From: Lama glama
Taxonomy: Eukaryota
Direction: 5' to 3'
Assembly (NCBI GenBank): GCA_028534125.1
Contig: CM052818.1
Location: 13,456,001-13,520,000, forward strand
Length of the DNA: 64,000 nt
Every line of letters starts with the position of its first letter. The stretch's first letter is position 1. The notes under the pieces were generated by a model. That model did no database searches. It saw only the letters and a list, made by a program, of their open reading frames with translations, and had not been told where the DNA came from. Shown one piece after another: positions 1-14,450 of this stretch. A program made the translations under genes and the position numbers.

Positions 1-2933
1 ACTACCCTTTTAAAATCTATTTGGTTCAAATATTAAAAGGTAGAATCCAGGAAAGTCACTTAGTTGGCTGTAGGTAACTTAAAGAAGCGCAGTTCTGATC
101 TGGTCCCAAGGTAGAAAGAGCTGAATTTCTAGATAAGTGAGAAGGAAATCCATGGACCCGAGAGGCCCAAGAAGAAAGAACCCAGCTTACTGAGGTCCCC
201 TTGAGAAGTAATAACTGGCTTGTACTTAACTTTAGGTGAAATAAGAGTGTGACGTAGGCAATGGAACTAGAAATAACCATAAAAACTGTGTTTATAGCTT
301 CATGTGTGCCCATCTGAAGTGAAAATCATGACAGAAATTGTAACTGCCTTTGTACATATAGTTAAACCTCAAAAAGCTCCAGGGGCTATAGTGGAATAAG
401 TTTTGCACTGTAAACAGCTGTGTGTGCTGCAAAGCATCTAATCCTACTCCCTTGAGTGGAAGTGTGGAACACAATCCAAAACAGAAAACAACTCAGGGGT
501 TCCCACTCAGTGTCCACCCTGGAGACCAGGTTTATCACAACCTGGATTAAGGAAGAATTTTTGCTCAGTGGTGACCAGTTATGTTTCACTTGTGAAATAT
601 TTTGCAGCAAAGCCTGCCTCTCACACATACGTTCACAAAATGAGTATGCCATTAAATTGTTGCCCAATTTTAGTATTTTACTATTCACTAAAAAACTTAA
701 ATATCTCAATATTTTAATATACCAAAATTACTAAAAGCAGTGTAAGTCTGTTTTTCAGAATCTTATGTTGAATCCTTTGAATTTTTTGTTCTTTTAAAGA
801 AGCTTCTTAGAAAATTAGTTCCACTTTAATCCTTCTCCTAAAATATGTGAGCAATTTAGGTATCTGGCATCATTCAAAACCTCCCAGTGAATTTTTTTCC
901 TAATCACTGCTTTTCATCATTTAGGGCCTAAAGAGATACTATTGTGTAAGATAGTTTTCTCTTCTTATCCGTGTTCTGTTCTGAACAGTTTGTGATATCA
1001 GAAGATACCTCATCTAAAAAAGGAAAGGACACCCCAAAAGAATTTGTTAAAAGACACCTTAAGGAAACCTGCCTACACAAAGAAAGGCTAAATGCTCCCT
1101 TTCTTGCCTAGATTTAGTTTATTCCAACTATTTACACTCACACATGTGCATACATACACATTCCCATTCAAGTTCATGACCATCTACATGCATGTGCACA
1201 AACATGTAATGCACCATTATTTTTGATAGGAAAGTAACATGTACCAAATTAAACTGATCAAAGATGATAATGCTTCTAAAATGATTCAGAACACAGTTCC
1301 CCTATCATTAATCTTATAAAATCCGCACTGGGAACTGCTTTGTTAATTCATGTTTACCTATCATAAGAGAATAGGTCACCTTAGACAGCTACTACACAAT
1401 GTAACCAACAAAGAACTTTGTTGCATGGAGTACAGAAAGAGTCAACAAAATAGAAATGAAAGTATTAAGACGTAACCCCTAAGACTGTTGTCTTACACCT
1501 CTGTAGCATCCTGGCCGAGTCTTGACTAATCTTTCTTGGAGATTTACCTGGATTCCATCCTTACCTATCTTTATATTCTCTAATGAGCAACTGAATTTTT
1601 AACAAAATAAACTTTTTAGATAGACCATCACAGAGTGAATTAGAAAATGACTTACCTGGGACTGACATTGAATCCCCACACTCTTTTATTCTTTGGTAAA
1701 TTATATAGTCAGCATATAGTCTGGAATAAAACTCCACTCAACAAGCAAGGCAGAAAATTCCAGTCATTCATGACTAATTAAACTTCCCAGTAAAAGCTGT
1801 GGTCCCTTTTTGTAAAAATAGCTCACGACCTGGCATATCAGAAGAACCCTAATCTAGGGAGGGAAATAGCCAGAGGAAAAAGTCCTTCCACGGAAACTGG
1901 TAAAGATGCTGGGCTTTATTCTGAACTTCAATTGCATGACCTCCCTTTCTTAATAATCGGGGTTGGGGTGAAGCTAATAATAAAAAGAAACTAAATGAAG
2001 GAAGGAAATTTAATCGTGCTGCAATTTATACAGCTAATGATAGTTCTGAAAAACCAGGGAAGATTATTTGGTAACTAGTTCACTTTTAAAAAATGTTAAA
2101 GAGCAAAACCATTGTAAAATAGAGTTCAACTCTAAGTATAAACTAAAAAATCTTCTCATTGATTTTTCAATTTAAGCAGAAATGGATTTTGTAAGCATGC
2201 CAGAGCAATAGTTTCCAATAAACCAAGCTATCACAGATGGTTAATACCTCAAATAGACTATCAAAATATCACTCTAGAAAAGAGCCTGGGCTATTTATTT
2301 GTCATTGTAAAAACCTGGCCACAAATATTATTAGGGTTCTAACAGAGTTTGAAAGAATTTTTGGAAAAGTTGGTTATAATACCAAAGTCAGGAGTAGGCA
2401 GAATTACACATCCCCAAAAGTATTATGAATCCATAACACAATGGTTATAAATGTGTCTCATATTAACAGGGAACAGTTTATAGTGACGAGAGAATAAGGA
2501 AGACCTCAATAAGGAAGACTGCAAAATTATTTGATTAAATATGAAAAATGTTTTGAATTTTCTCAAAAGCTGAAAAAATCAAGTAGAGGTCCTGAGAAGT
2601 GGGTAAAACTAACTGCAAGCAAATGTCCTGCCTATTCCTCTATGTAGATCTTGAATTAGGAAAAGAAGAATTACTACAGATTCAAAGTCAGACTAAGCCT
2701 TTGCAACTGATTTAGAGAGCTCCATTTTAAAATTATTCTAGTAGATGACACATCACTGTTATGTCAACTCTATTACTCAGCAGAAAACACCACTTTCACT
2801 TTTTAAAGGAGAAGAAATAATTTCTCTGTTACAGTTAGGTGAACCTCTTAACTACAAAGATCATAACTGGGTAACTGCAGTAACTGAAAATTCATGACTT
2901 AAGTGTTGCTTGTCCATTGATCAATTTTAAATA

Positions 2934-3704
2934 TAGTAGTCCCCACTTATCTGCAAAGATCCCAATGGATGCCCAAAACCATGGATAGTACAAAACCCTA
3001 TATATACTGTTTTTTCCTATATTTACATACTTATGATAAAGTTTAATTTATAAATTAGGCACAGTAAGAAATTAACAATAATAATAATGAAATAGAATGA
3101 TTATAATAATATACTGTAAAAGATGTATTTTATAAATAGTTATGAGGTATCTCTCTCTCTCAAGATATCTTACTGTACAGATTTAATGCCTTCTCCATCT
3201 TACCTTAGCACTTATCACACACTGGCCATAATTTTTAGTTTGAGGTTTAACAGCAAAACTAGCACAAATTTCTTTTTCCTTCTCAATTTCACATTTAGAA
3301 GATTCATTCTTACTGTGAATCTTAGCAACCTCAGCATACAACTATTTTCTTTCCTTATTAAGTCAAGAACTTTCACCTTTTCACCTAAAGAAAGCACTTT
3401 ACAGGCTTCTCTGTGGCATACCTGAATTGCCAGCATCACTGCTCTTGAGCTTTGGGGTCATTATTAAGGAAAATAACAGTTACTTGAATACAAGCACTGT
3501 GATACCCAAAATAGTGGATCTGATAACTAAGATGCTACTAATCGACTGAAGGGCAGGATATGCTGGACAAAGGGATGATTCACATCCCAGGCAGGATGGA
3601 GTAGGATGGAGAGAAATTTTTACATTTAATATTTTTGGACAATGGTTGACGGTATGGGTAGTTGAAACCTCAAAAAGCAAAACCGCAGATAAGGGAGACT
3701 ACTG
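2934..3704. mobile_element. TcMar-Tigger non-autonomous DNA transposon (MER44/Tigger7-like)
   Basis: TIRs tagtagtccccacttatctgc / gcagataagggagactactg, TA on both sides; minus-strand remnant KVLSLGEKVKVLDLIRKE resembles the Tigger transposase N-terminal HTH. Confidence 0.85.
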
Positions 3705-4356
3705 TATACAAACCACGTTATTATTAGGATGAAACTGTGAAGCCAGTTATGGGACTTCCCTGCTTCTCTGCTGAGTGACTCAAGTAACAGTGACACTCCC
3801 CTCTCAACACCACCTACTATCACCACATACCACTCAGTTATGAAAATCAGTTATCCAAGGAAAAAGCAAAAATGCACTAAACACTTGTTAGGGTAGAGGC
3901 CAGGATTGTAGTCACATTCGCGGGGAAGAAAGCAAAATAGAGCAAACAGCTGAGCCATGTCCTTCTCTTCGAGGAACCTCCTCTTACTCTGGGAGACAAG
4001 AGCAGCTGTAAGAGGAAGGAGAGGCAGAAAAACAGAAGTGGAATGAAGCCAGAAGAGAGAGAAAAAGAGCAAGATAGGAGAGTAGAGGACAATGAGCAAG
4101 CATAAGACTATCCTAATCAAAAACAGGTTCTACTGAAGTATGTCCTGAAACAGTGTTAAAATTACCACTTTCCACCTATGTGTATATGTATAAATCCATA
4201 TTTTCCTCAAAAGACTGATGAAGAATAAAAGAAAAGGTGGCACCTGAATAAATCAGTTTTGCTGTTTTTATAAAATTGGCTGAGGGATTCTTTAAATTTG
4301 GGCTTCAATTGTCTAGTACATTTTTGAGAATCTTCTATATGCTATGTGTGATAGAC

Positions 4357-4480
4357 CAGTGATTCTCATACTTTAATGAACATACGAATTACTTGGGGAT
4401 CCTATTAAAATGAAAATTCTGATTCAGTAGGTCTGGGGTGAGACCCAAGACTCACATTTCTAACAAGCTTCCAGATTTTG
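4357..4480. mobile_element. MER5-type hAT-Charlie MITE fragment
   Basis: cagtgattctca...attctgattcagtaggtctggggtgagacccaaga...atttctaacaagct motif. Confidence 0.75.
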
Positions 4481-5774
4481 TTGCTATATACAGAGCCTCT
4501 CTTCCAGTAGCTGACAATTTGTGCTTCCCACCAAGAAGCTGATATGTCTAGGCATCCTTCATTCTCTATTTTCTGCAGTTAGTAAAATGTGGTATAATTT
4601 GGATAGAATTAGATTTGCATGTGATGGGGATTTTTTTCTGAAACGATATTCTTCTCCTCTTGTTAGATACTCAGTTTCTCCAATATAAATTCCATTGTAA
4701 CAGCTACAGCTGTAATATATAGCTATTTCCCTTGCTTACTAATTAATAGAATTTCCTCCAGTAGTGGAATGTTTTTATACTTGAATGCTCAGGAGGATCC
4801 CACAAAGTAGTCCTTGGCAGCAAAGAGTGGCTGAAACTCCATGAAATTCAGCAAGAGACAAAGGTTCCCATTTGAATCTTCCCCTGCATAACTCTGACTG
4901 TATTAAACCAGTTAACCTCTCTAGGCCTCAGCTTTCTCAGCTGTTAAAATTAGGAGTTGTCCTTTCCAACTCTCGTTCAAAATAATTTTAAAAGAACGAG
5001 AAAAAGAAAAAGAGAGGTAAAGACAGTGCACTTTGTCTAGGTTATAAGCCTTGGAAGTGTGGTGGCAGCGGCTATAAGGTTCTTGATTGGTACATGCTTG
5101 GCATTTAAACTATTTATATTGATAGGAGCTCTTCTTTGCTTTTAGGTTGGCATTTCTGTCAGGAAAACATACCAGAGCAAGTTAAAATCTGCCCTGAGAA
5201 GAATGCAGGTGCATTCTGTGATTATAATAGCATTAATGACTCAAACAAAAAACCAGACAGTTCTAATGACTTGAAGCTTTATTGACAAAACAGTTCACAC
5301 CTAGTACTGGTTGTTTGCTAAAAGTCTGGACCAAATCACTGAAGCTTTAAAAGCTAGATCACTGCAGTCTTTCCCTCAGGCACTGACATGGGTAATTATC
5401 ATGGTTCATGCCACAGCCAAGAACTCCATTTCAATCCTAGCTCGGAAAGGAGTTATTTTTATTTTGATGCACAGTAAATACACTTTTGCATGTATTAATA
5501 TAAACTCATTTAAAATGTACATGTGCCAACACTAACTGTTACAGGCTTTTTATTATTTTCTTGATTTTGAATTAAGATTTTCTACCTTCATGGGGGGACA
5601 GGAATACCTTTCAGCAAAAAACAACCTGTTTAAAGTCTACAAGTTTGTTCATTTCACATTTCAGGATTTTTTTCAGCCTCAGACTCAAACCAGGGTTACA
5701 ACCTCAGGGTCTTTCCTGAGCTCGCATTATTATCTATTACACGGGAACCATATTGAAGTTCATGCACTAGTTAG

Positions 5775-6352
5775 GTGTTGCCACATTGCAAGTTACCCTA
5801 CAATGTAGAAGCTTACAGCAACAAACATTTATCTCACAACATTTATCTCTGGGGCAAGAATCAAAGTACAGCTTAGCTGGGTCCTCAGGCTTTGGGTCTT
5901 TCACAAGCTGCAGTCGTCTCAAGGCTTGACTGGGAAGAATCCACTTCCTAGCTCACTCACTAGTGGTTGTTGGCAGGATTCACTTCCTGCTTCCGTTCCT
6001 CGCAAGTTCTTCCTCCATCAGTTCCTTGCCCCATAGACCTCTCCCTGGAGCATATTTTGTTTTGTTTTGTTTTTAATTTTCTTTTTTGTTATTGCCCTAG
6101 AGCACCTCACAACACAGCAGCCTTCCTCATCAGAGTAAGCAAGTGAAAGGACAGGAGAAGTTGCCAGCAAGAGAGAGAGTGTTGATAAGACTGAAGTCAC
6201 AGTCTTTAGTAACTCAATCACTGAAGTGACAACCCATCACTTTTGCCATATTTTGTTCATTAGAAACAAGTCACTGGATCCAGCCCGCAGTCAAAGGTCT
6301 GACTGCCAGGAGTTTGGGGTCACTGGGAGCCATGTCAGAAGCTGCCTACTAC
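5775..6352 (-). mobile_element. old MaLR LTR (MLT1 family), boundaries approximate
   Basis: cagcttagctgggtcctc, catcacttttgccatattttgttcattagaaacaagtcact and terminal gctgcctactaca motifs. Confidence 0.7.
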
Positions 6353-8844
6353 AATCTGTAATTAAAATTCCCCCTTTAATGATTCCATCCAAACCTTTAG
6401 AGTTAATTTTAGAATTATAAATGGTTCCACAAAGCAAAAAAAAAGTTAAGAAGCAAAATGCACCCACCTGCCCAGCAGTGCAAGAGACTGGATGACTCAT
6501 TCAGATATGCATCTTAATGGGTGTGGTTGAAACAGGCAAAGTACTGTCCAAAAGAAGAACCCCACAGCTCCTTTTGAAGGAGCTGTTAGAATAGAATACC
6601 CTTCTCTTCTTCATGGACAGAGGACTTCTAAAATGCTATCAATCCTGTCCAAAACCACTCCTAAATAATGACAAATATATCCTTTGATTTTTAAACTTTT
6701 AAAAATTAAAATCCTCCTTTACTCCACTCTACAAATAAACAATATCCGTGAAACAAAAACGTTATGAATAAACACAAAAACTTCCTTTATTTTTGCAGAT
6801 TAGCATGTACCCACATGTCTATTATATAAAAGAAATTTAATAAACATTGTTCTTGCTTCAGTGTGAATTTTTGTCCTAGACATCTGTGATATTTGTGTAT
6901 TTGTTAGGGAATCATGGAAAATGTTCTCCATCTCTCTCAGAAATCTCTGTTCTGTTTTGGTCACATTTTTCTTCCTACAGCCTATTCAAAAGCCTGTGCC
7001 TAGAATCGTCATTTTTGTATTTAAATATGTTTACATCTTCTCTTTTGCCTCAAAATTTTACGAGACTGAATATGTGCTGAATATGACCTAAGGTTACAAT
7101 AAGTAAGTTGTGTAAGACTTAAAAATTCAGAAGCCATAAAATCCAACATGATGAAATTTTTTGAGACTCTAAGGAGTAGGTATCTTGATAAGAGACAGAA
7201 TAGCTGTTTTTTTAAACAAGAAGGTGCTAATGAAGTAGAATAGCAATCAAAGGAAAAGAGAAAAGATATATGAGCAAAAATAAAAAAACTCAATGACAGC
7301 GGAAACCAAGAAATTGAACAATGTGTAGGAGGATCTATAAAATCAGATGGTGACGTGTAGGAAAGGCCACCAACCACATCTAGTCTCCTCAAAAGAATAT
7401 TCTGGTAGCCAGATTGTAATGTAACCAGAGGGAAGGAATAGAGAAAAGGCTAATGCAGCTATTAAAAAGGAGTAACCAAAATCCAAAGGAAAGTTTTTTT
7501 TCCCTTAAAGAAAATGGAAATGGACCAAATGTTCTTAAATTGCTTTTTAAAGTACATAATACAGCTCTGTATGGAGAGCAGTACATTTTCTCCTTGGTTC
7601 ACTCTCCCCCAGAATTAAGTGTCCAGGTTTTCTCAGGTGTCTTTGATGCCAATAATAAAAACCTCTGTGGGCTGTTGAGTGGGTAGTAGGATAACTTGGT
7701 GCCTTAGCAGCCAGGTAGAAGCCGGCCTCTGGCCTCAGGCCTGGAGCAATCCCAGGAGGCTGGTCTGGTCCATGAAGCAGGCACTGAGAGCTGGGGCAGC
7801 CCTCCGAGGGGCTCCCCGTCAGATCTGGTTCACTTTACCATGAAGTCCAGAGGGGAAAAAAAGCACTATGCTCATAAGATTTCCTCATATTCAGCCATCC
7901 ATTTGCTAATACATTCTCTTGACATAAGTAGCCTCACTAAATTCCTCTTTCCTCATCACTAACTCTAAAATGACAGCTTAAGGATTATCCTTTCTGCCAC
8001 TTACCGTGAAACACAGCTCCAAACCAGTTTGTTGTAGGTTTCTGAGCTTAACCACATAGCTCACAACTGAGTGGATAATCAATCATTCTATGACTAAATC
8101 CATCTGGAACAAATTTGAAGAAGTGGCCATGTAGGTTTCTTTTGAAAAAAAAAATTAAACTGAAACCAGAGTTGATCTTTTCAAAGGTTCAGAAGAAAAA
8201 ATACATATATAACTCAGCAATGACTTTTCCCCCAGAACTCGTGCATGCTCTTTTGGTAAGATCGGTCCTGTCCTGGACCTATTTTGCAGTTCATTTAATC
8301 TTTCAGAAAAGCTATCCTCAAATGCTTCGGGGGAGAGTTCATTTCCCAGAGAATGAGGTCATGATCCCTACTTGTATAGAAGGAAAGGGGGACTTTGTAT
8401 GGCCAGGTTGTCATCATAACTTCACGCTGATCTTAAATTCCTAAACACACAGGGCTCAACACAGTGATTATGGAACCAAAAGAGCCCGTTTCTGGCCGTT
8501 CTAGCTGGACCCATGATTTTTTTGCCCTGTAGACATTAAAGGATAATTTAAATATCAAGAGCTTTGGCTTTTAAGAACTCCACCTTTCTTTTCCTCAATA
8601 GACCCCTAATTGTTATTGTAAATTTAAGGACATACTTTTCCACTTATACCCTGAAATCTGCACCTTTCATACATTCATTTGTTCAATTTTTGGTCACTTA
8701 TTCATCAACTTATGCAGCAATGCATTCAGTTAATAAGTGTTCACACTGTACTGGATGCCTAGACACATCACCTTTCTTGCAAGGACCCTTCAGTCTATCT
8801 GAAGAGGTAAGATATGGTCATATTTTTTAAAATTAAAGGATACA

Positions 8845-9200
8845 CAGATAGAACAGGTTGGTGGTTGCCAGAGGTGGGCAGTGGGTAAAATAGGTGAAGG
8901 GAATTAAAACATACAAACTTTCAGTTATAAAATAATGTCACGAGGATGTAATTACAGCATGGGAACTACAGTTAATAATACTGTAATGTGTATTTGAAAG
9001 TTGCTATAAAAGAGTAGATCTTAAAAGTTCTCATCACAAGAAAAAAAAATTCTGTAATGATGTATGGTGATGCACATTAACTAGATTTATTGTGGTGGTC
9101 ATTTCACAGTATCTGCAAATATCAGATGGTTATGTTATACACCCGAAATTAATATAATGCATGTCAATTATACATCAATAAAAAGAAAAGAAAAGAAAAT
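8845..9200 (+). mobile_element. L1 3' end (L1MA/L1MB-type) with A-rich tail
   Basis: ggtggttgccagagg...agagtagatcttaaaagttctcatcacaag...tatacatcaataaaaagaaaagaaaag. Confidence 0.8.
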
Positions 9201-10791
9201 TAACCATTACAAGTAATTCAGTTCAACAATTCAAGTCAACAAAGCCCAAGTTGAGGGCCTCGGTCCCTGTGTAGTCAATGGTAAATGGTGATTACCAAGA
9301 AGCACTGGAGGGGTCCAGAGGAGGGATTGGTTGCTGCACCCAAGGGTGAGTTAGGGCTTTATGGAGAGAGCAGATGTGATCTGCATCATGAAGGATGAGC
9401 TAGGTGTTAATAAACCTGAGAAGAGAAAGGGCAAGCTTTGCTGGGTGGATGCCCCATATACAGAATAATGGTGACAGTATTGTATTACAGTTTGGGGTGA
9501 GGGAAAGAGGGGCTACTATAGGGGAAGCAGGAAACAAGATAGGAAAAGTCATTGGAGGACATTTATGTAGAACCCTGTATTCTTGATTAAGCCATTTAAA
9601 TTTTACACTGTCATAACTAGTGAAAGAGTTTAATAAGGAGTGACATAATAAAAACGCTACCTACAGATAGTTGTAGGATGAGGAGGAAAAATAAGTACAT
9701 ACATACAGTTAAATGTGTTAAATCACCCTAATAGGACTGGGGTAGGGAGTCAGGGCAGAGAGGGCATATGTCAGTCTGATGTACTGAAAAATGAGTGAGC
9801 TTCTCAAGAAAGAATTGCATTAACTTTCAAGTACTGTACATATAGTAACAATGCTAATAAGAGGTATAAAGAGAGAGTTTTATGCATAAGGACTATTTTT
9901 AGACTCATAATAATAACTTAATAATTTGTTTAAAATGATTTCTAACAGACATATTCATTATTTTTGCATGCAAGTGCTTCTCCTGAGTCAATGATGATTC
10001 TAAACAAGTTCCACTCCAAGTAGGGTAAACAGTTTATAATATTGTTTATCAATACATTTATTCATAGGTATTATAAAAGTAAATATCAAATTTGTAAGTC
10101 TGTAACATTTTGGAATAATTTCAGCTCCTGCAACCCTATGAAATAACCAATTAGGAGCAAAGTAAGCCCTTAAGTGATCTTCTGAACAATGAGCCTTTCT
10201 GCTTCCACATCCATTAAACTGTACAATGTTCATTAGTCATAATGTATGGCTGAAGGAATATGGAGCAAATCTCTAACCGTAAACTATATCTAAACATAGA
10301 CCTTTAACAGCAGTTTCTTTTATTTTAACATGTTTAAGGCTGTGACACTGCAAAATGCAATGAATACAACCTAAGGAGAGTCATGCCCTAGTTATAACAA
10401 GGGTTTTGCAATTATAGAAAATTATGGCAAGAGGCAATTATCCATAAGCCCACTCTTCCCAGTGAGTCTCCTACCTTTCATTTTGCAAATAAGCATGAAC
10501 TAAGGGAGTAATCTGGTTTTAAAGAGAGGAGAGCAACAAGTTCTCCTGATATGTCTAGAGGAAATGCATTTCCAGCTAAAATTTATCTTTGTTTAAAAAT
10601 AAGAATTTAAATGGAATACAAAAAGGGGAACAGCAGCTTTGGAGCAGGGATGCGGCTAGATTGCTAAGCTAATAAAGTAAAAACTTAAGAACATAAGAAT
10701 ATATAGTTTAGCCTATGGAATAATCAAAAGGAATTTTAACTAGATTTAGAGCTTACTAAGTCTTGATACTGTTTAGTTTGGGGTGGGGGTT

Positions 10792-10832
10792 GTTTTGTTT
10801 TGTTTTTGTTTTTGTTTTTGTTTTTGTTTTTT
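10792..10832. repeat. (TTTTG)/(TTTTTG)n simple repeat
   Basis: seen directly. Confidence 0.9.
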
Positions 10833-11149
10833 GAAGACCTACCCACAGCTGGAATTTTGCAAAAGGCAAAGTACCTGGTTTGTCCATTTATTGATCTATT
10901 TAAGTGTCCATTCTGGAACACTTCATAAACAATAGTCATGTCTATACTTTTCTTCTCAAGAATGGGGTCTGCTGGAGATGATCTTAGTTGTCTAGATCTG
11001 CTTTTTAATTTTATATTGGATTTGGGAATAATAAGATGGGGGAAACTATTTTAGTATTTGCCTTGTTACTTACAGTTTGGGAGATGGCATGAGACCACAG
11101 AGGTATCCTGTAGCTGGATCCTTAAATGTAATTTCAAAGTGTGAGATTA

Positions 11150-11580
11150 TTCAATAAGCCTGAGTTGAGTAACTACTGTGAGCAAAGTGTAGTAAGTGCC
11201 AAGAATACAAGGATAAAAGTTTATGGTGCCTGCCTTCAAAGAGTTCACAGTCTGAGTAAGTAGATAGTAAAAGAAATGTGGCATTCTGAGTCCCATTTCA
11301 GAGACTTCCAGGCCTCAGTCTTAGGAAGTTGTGGGAATTAGCCTTTAATGATCTGAGGAGAGGAAAGGAGGGAAAGAGAAAGAATGTTCCATGCAGGGGA
11401 ACAGCATTTGCTAAAGTCATTAAATAAAAGGCAGAAAAAAAACAAGTGTTCTGTATAATTCAGTGAGGAGTATGTGATAGAAGTTAAGGTCAAATCATGA
11501 AGGGCCTTGTATGTCATGTTAAAAAGTTTGGATTTCATCCTGAAGACTGTGAGAAGTGACATAATCAGTGTTGCTTACAA
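11150..11580 (-). mobile_element. L2 fragments
   Basis: tgccttcaaagagttcacagtct and agggccttgtatgtcatgttaaaaagtttggatttcatcctg motifs. Confidence 0.6.
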
Positions 11581-14229
11581 AGGAGGTAAACACATCATTT
11601 GTTTTTAAAACTTATTTCTAAATTCTGAATTTGTTAACCCAGTAAGATAATTTTATTGTAGTTAAATAGGATTGGTTGTATTCTTCATTTATACCAGTGC
11701 TACAAAGGCAAATTAAGTATGAATTTCATTATAAAAATAAGTTATATTTGTAAGTTTAAATCTTTATCAAATATAACCCAGTGGGGAAGTATCTTAGCTC
11801 AAGGAAAAGCTTAAAAAGTCAAATCTAGCTTTAAAATTCCGCTCAGCATTTAGTCATTGTTCCAGGCCATTATGATTTTTATCCACACAGAATACAACTA
11901 TAAACTCTTAAAGGATTTTTACTGCCTGAGGTTTGTTCCATCCTAAAATTTGTACTAAAACTTACTGGAAAAGTAGTTCGAAAATGAAACTGTAACTCAG
12001 CCTTTGCAGAAGCCACAACAGGTTCTACACATTCACCTTATTTGGCATACATAGCATCCCCTAGCCTTGTTTAAAAAAATTGTTGTAGTGACAGTGTAAT
12101 TGTATAAATACTATGCAAGCATTGAATGTTATTTATCTTAAGTATTGCCACTTTGAAATATAATAGTTCGAGAATTTACACATCAAACCTAATGGAGAGC
12201 TCAATTGGCACCTTCAGCAATTAAAGCTATAAGATTACACAGGCCAATGATGTGTGTCTAGGGTTATTCAGCTGCTAGTTTCCTAATGGAGAATGCTAGA
12301 ATTCAGTAGTCAGAAAAAGACTAGTTTAGTACCCTGAGCCAGATCAAATGCCAGAGGTACCCCTTCATACTCAATCATTAGCGTGAGTCTAGTTAAGGAG
12401 AAGGACAGGGGGCAGCTGTCCAAGATCTCTCCAAGGCAGTGAATTTTCTAGAAATAGCAAGTTTGCTGCTATTCCTCTTTCTTAACAAGGATAATTTGTG
12501 GATACAGCTGTCCCAGAGGTCAGTTGGACAAGCTGCTTGCTATAGTGATCTTACAGTGGATCTTACAGTGGAAAGAAACCTGGGAAAAGAAGCTTAAAAA
12601 GGGTGGGCATGAGCTGGACCTTGAAAAGGAATCTATCCTTTTAAGGTAGAGGTGGTGGAGAGAGGCTCACAGGCAAAGGCAGACAAGCGGCAACATGTGT
12701 TTGCAGGTATTGGAGTTGTAGGGGCTTGGACAGCAGCCCACCTCACTAACGAGATGAAAATGGCAAGGGCAGCTAAGCTCCCGAGGGGTGCACTGGAGAG
12801 CCACAACCCTGAGCCAGGGAAACAGCACTCTCACACCATTGCTGAAGCAGCAGTGCCCAAGGCCTGCAGACCAGTAGGAGATGGTCCTCACACTACCTTG
12901 GATGTGGCAGAGTCTGAGTTCTCAAGTTAAAAGAATGGTCTGTGTGATTGAGGTGAAATTGAGAAAGGGCAAATGAAAAATCAAATACTAAAATAGGAAA
13001 AAGGAGTCAGAAACGCAGGAGGGGAAAAGGTGGGAAAAGCAGACAACAAAGAAGGAAGTCAGCCTTGTCACCTGCTTTTTTGTCACCCTGCGACCATGAG
13101 TTAAGTGTTTTCCCTCAAGCTTTAAATTCTGTCATTTTTCCTATTAATTTTTTCTGTTATACCCTTAATATGGGAATAACATTCTATCATATACACGTAT
13201 ATAATTTACCTATGACTATAATGAAAGCATTTGGAGGTCATTTGATGTTCAAAGAAGCCAAAATTAATTTTCCAAAGGATATTTTTCTAATATGCCATGG
13301 TTTTTTACTATATTACTAGCATAGCATTTAACAAACAAAGATTGGCTCCAAATAAAATTCTCCTGTGTGATATGATTGAATGGATGCTTCACTGACTACA
13401 AATAATATAGATCAACATTATGTTTTGTAGAGACCCCTCAGACCTGCTCATTTGATATGTCAGGCATTCTGTGTTCTCATTTTAGAGTCTAATGCTGAGC
13501 CTTGTCCTTATAATAAACACCGAGAAATACCTGTCCTGACTTTACATGCAGTTTTTCTCATTGGAAAATATTCCCCATCTGTTCTCCAGTTCTGATTTAT
13601 AATTTCATTACTACCTTGAAAGATGATGACCTTAATGTCCCTTGACACAATCAATATAATAAATAAAAATTGCTGCTGAAATTTACATTTTCACAGCTTT
13701 TTGTGTGATCTTGTTCACACAAAATTCTCAGTTACATATAGGTTCTGATTAGAGCTCTAGTTAAAGCTCTGTTTGCTAAGTAGTCTTCATAAACATTAAC
13801 ACTTCATTTCTGTGGATGGGTCCACCAACTCTCCTTTCAAATCACAAAATATTATGAAATGCAGATGCTAGGTTATTTTTGTATTGCCAGATCACTTTTG
13901 TTTGAATGTTTGCAACTTCACTAATGAGAAATAACTTATAGGGAAGAAAGGCTGATTTTGCCTGTTCTTGCATCCATTCCTCTGGAATATGCCAAAGGAA
14001 GGGAAGTCATTCAATGCTATCGTTGTTCCTCCTGATTGGATTTCAGTTATACGACCACATTCAAAACATGACATTAAGCAAGGAAACAAAGACAGGATGT
14101 GTAATTATACGCAAGTACATACAAAATTATATTAAAATCCCAGACTTCCTGCAGTTTTCTTGCTTCCATCTGTCTATAACAGAAGTACTGACCTGATATA
14201 CAACGTGTAGCAACTTCTCAGTGTTAAAC

Positions 14230-14450
14230 ACGATTTATCGAGCCTTTAGTGTGCCTAAGGTGCCATTATTATTTCAGTTAGTCCTCACAAGAACATTTTG
14301 AAATGGGTATTATCCCTACTTGACAGATGTGGCAGTGAGACCTGGAAAGGTTAAAATAACTTTCTCCAGACACATACTGAAAACATGGTGTTGGTTGGAT
14401 TTGAATTGAGACTTATCTGACTCTAAAACCCGTGATCTTACCCACTCTTC
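14230..14450 (-). mobile_element. MIR SINE
   Basis: cctcacaagaac...tattatccctacttgacagatg...aaaggttaaaataacttt...tctgactctaaa core. Confidence 0.65.

Noticed and set aside
6564..6586. 10-bp hairpin acagctcctt-ttg-aaggagctgt
   Set aside because: Too short for a pre-miRNA; plausible by chance
12547..12572. 12-bp tandem duplication gatcttacagtg
   Set aside because: Ordinary slippage duplication with no supporting context
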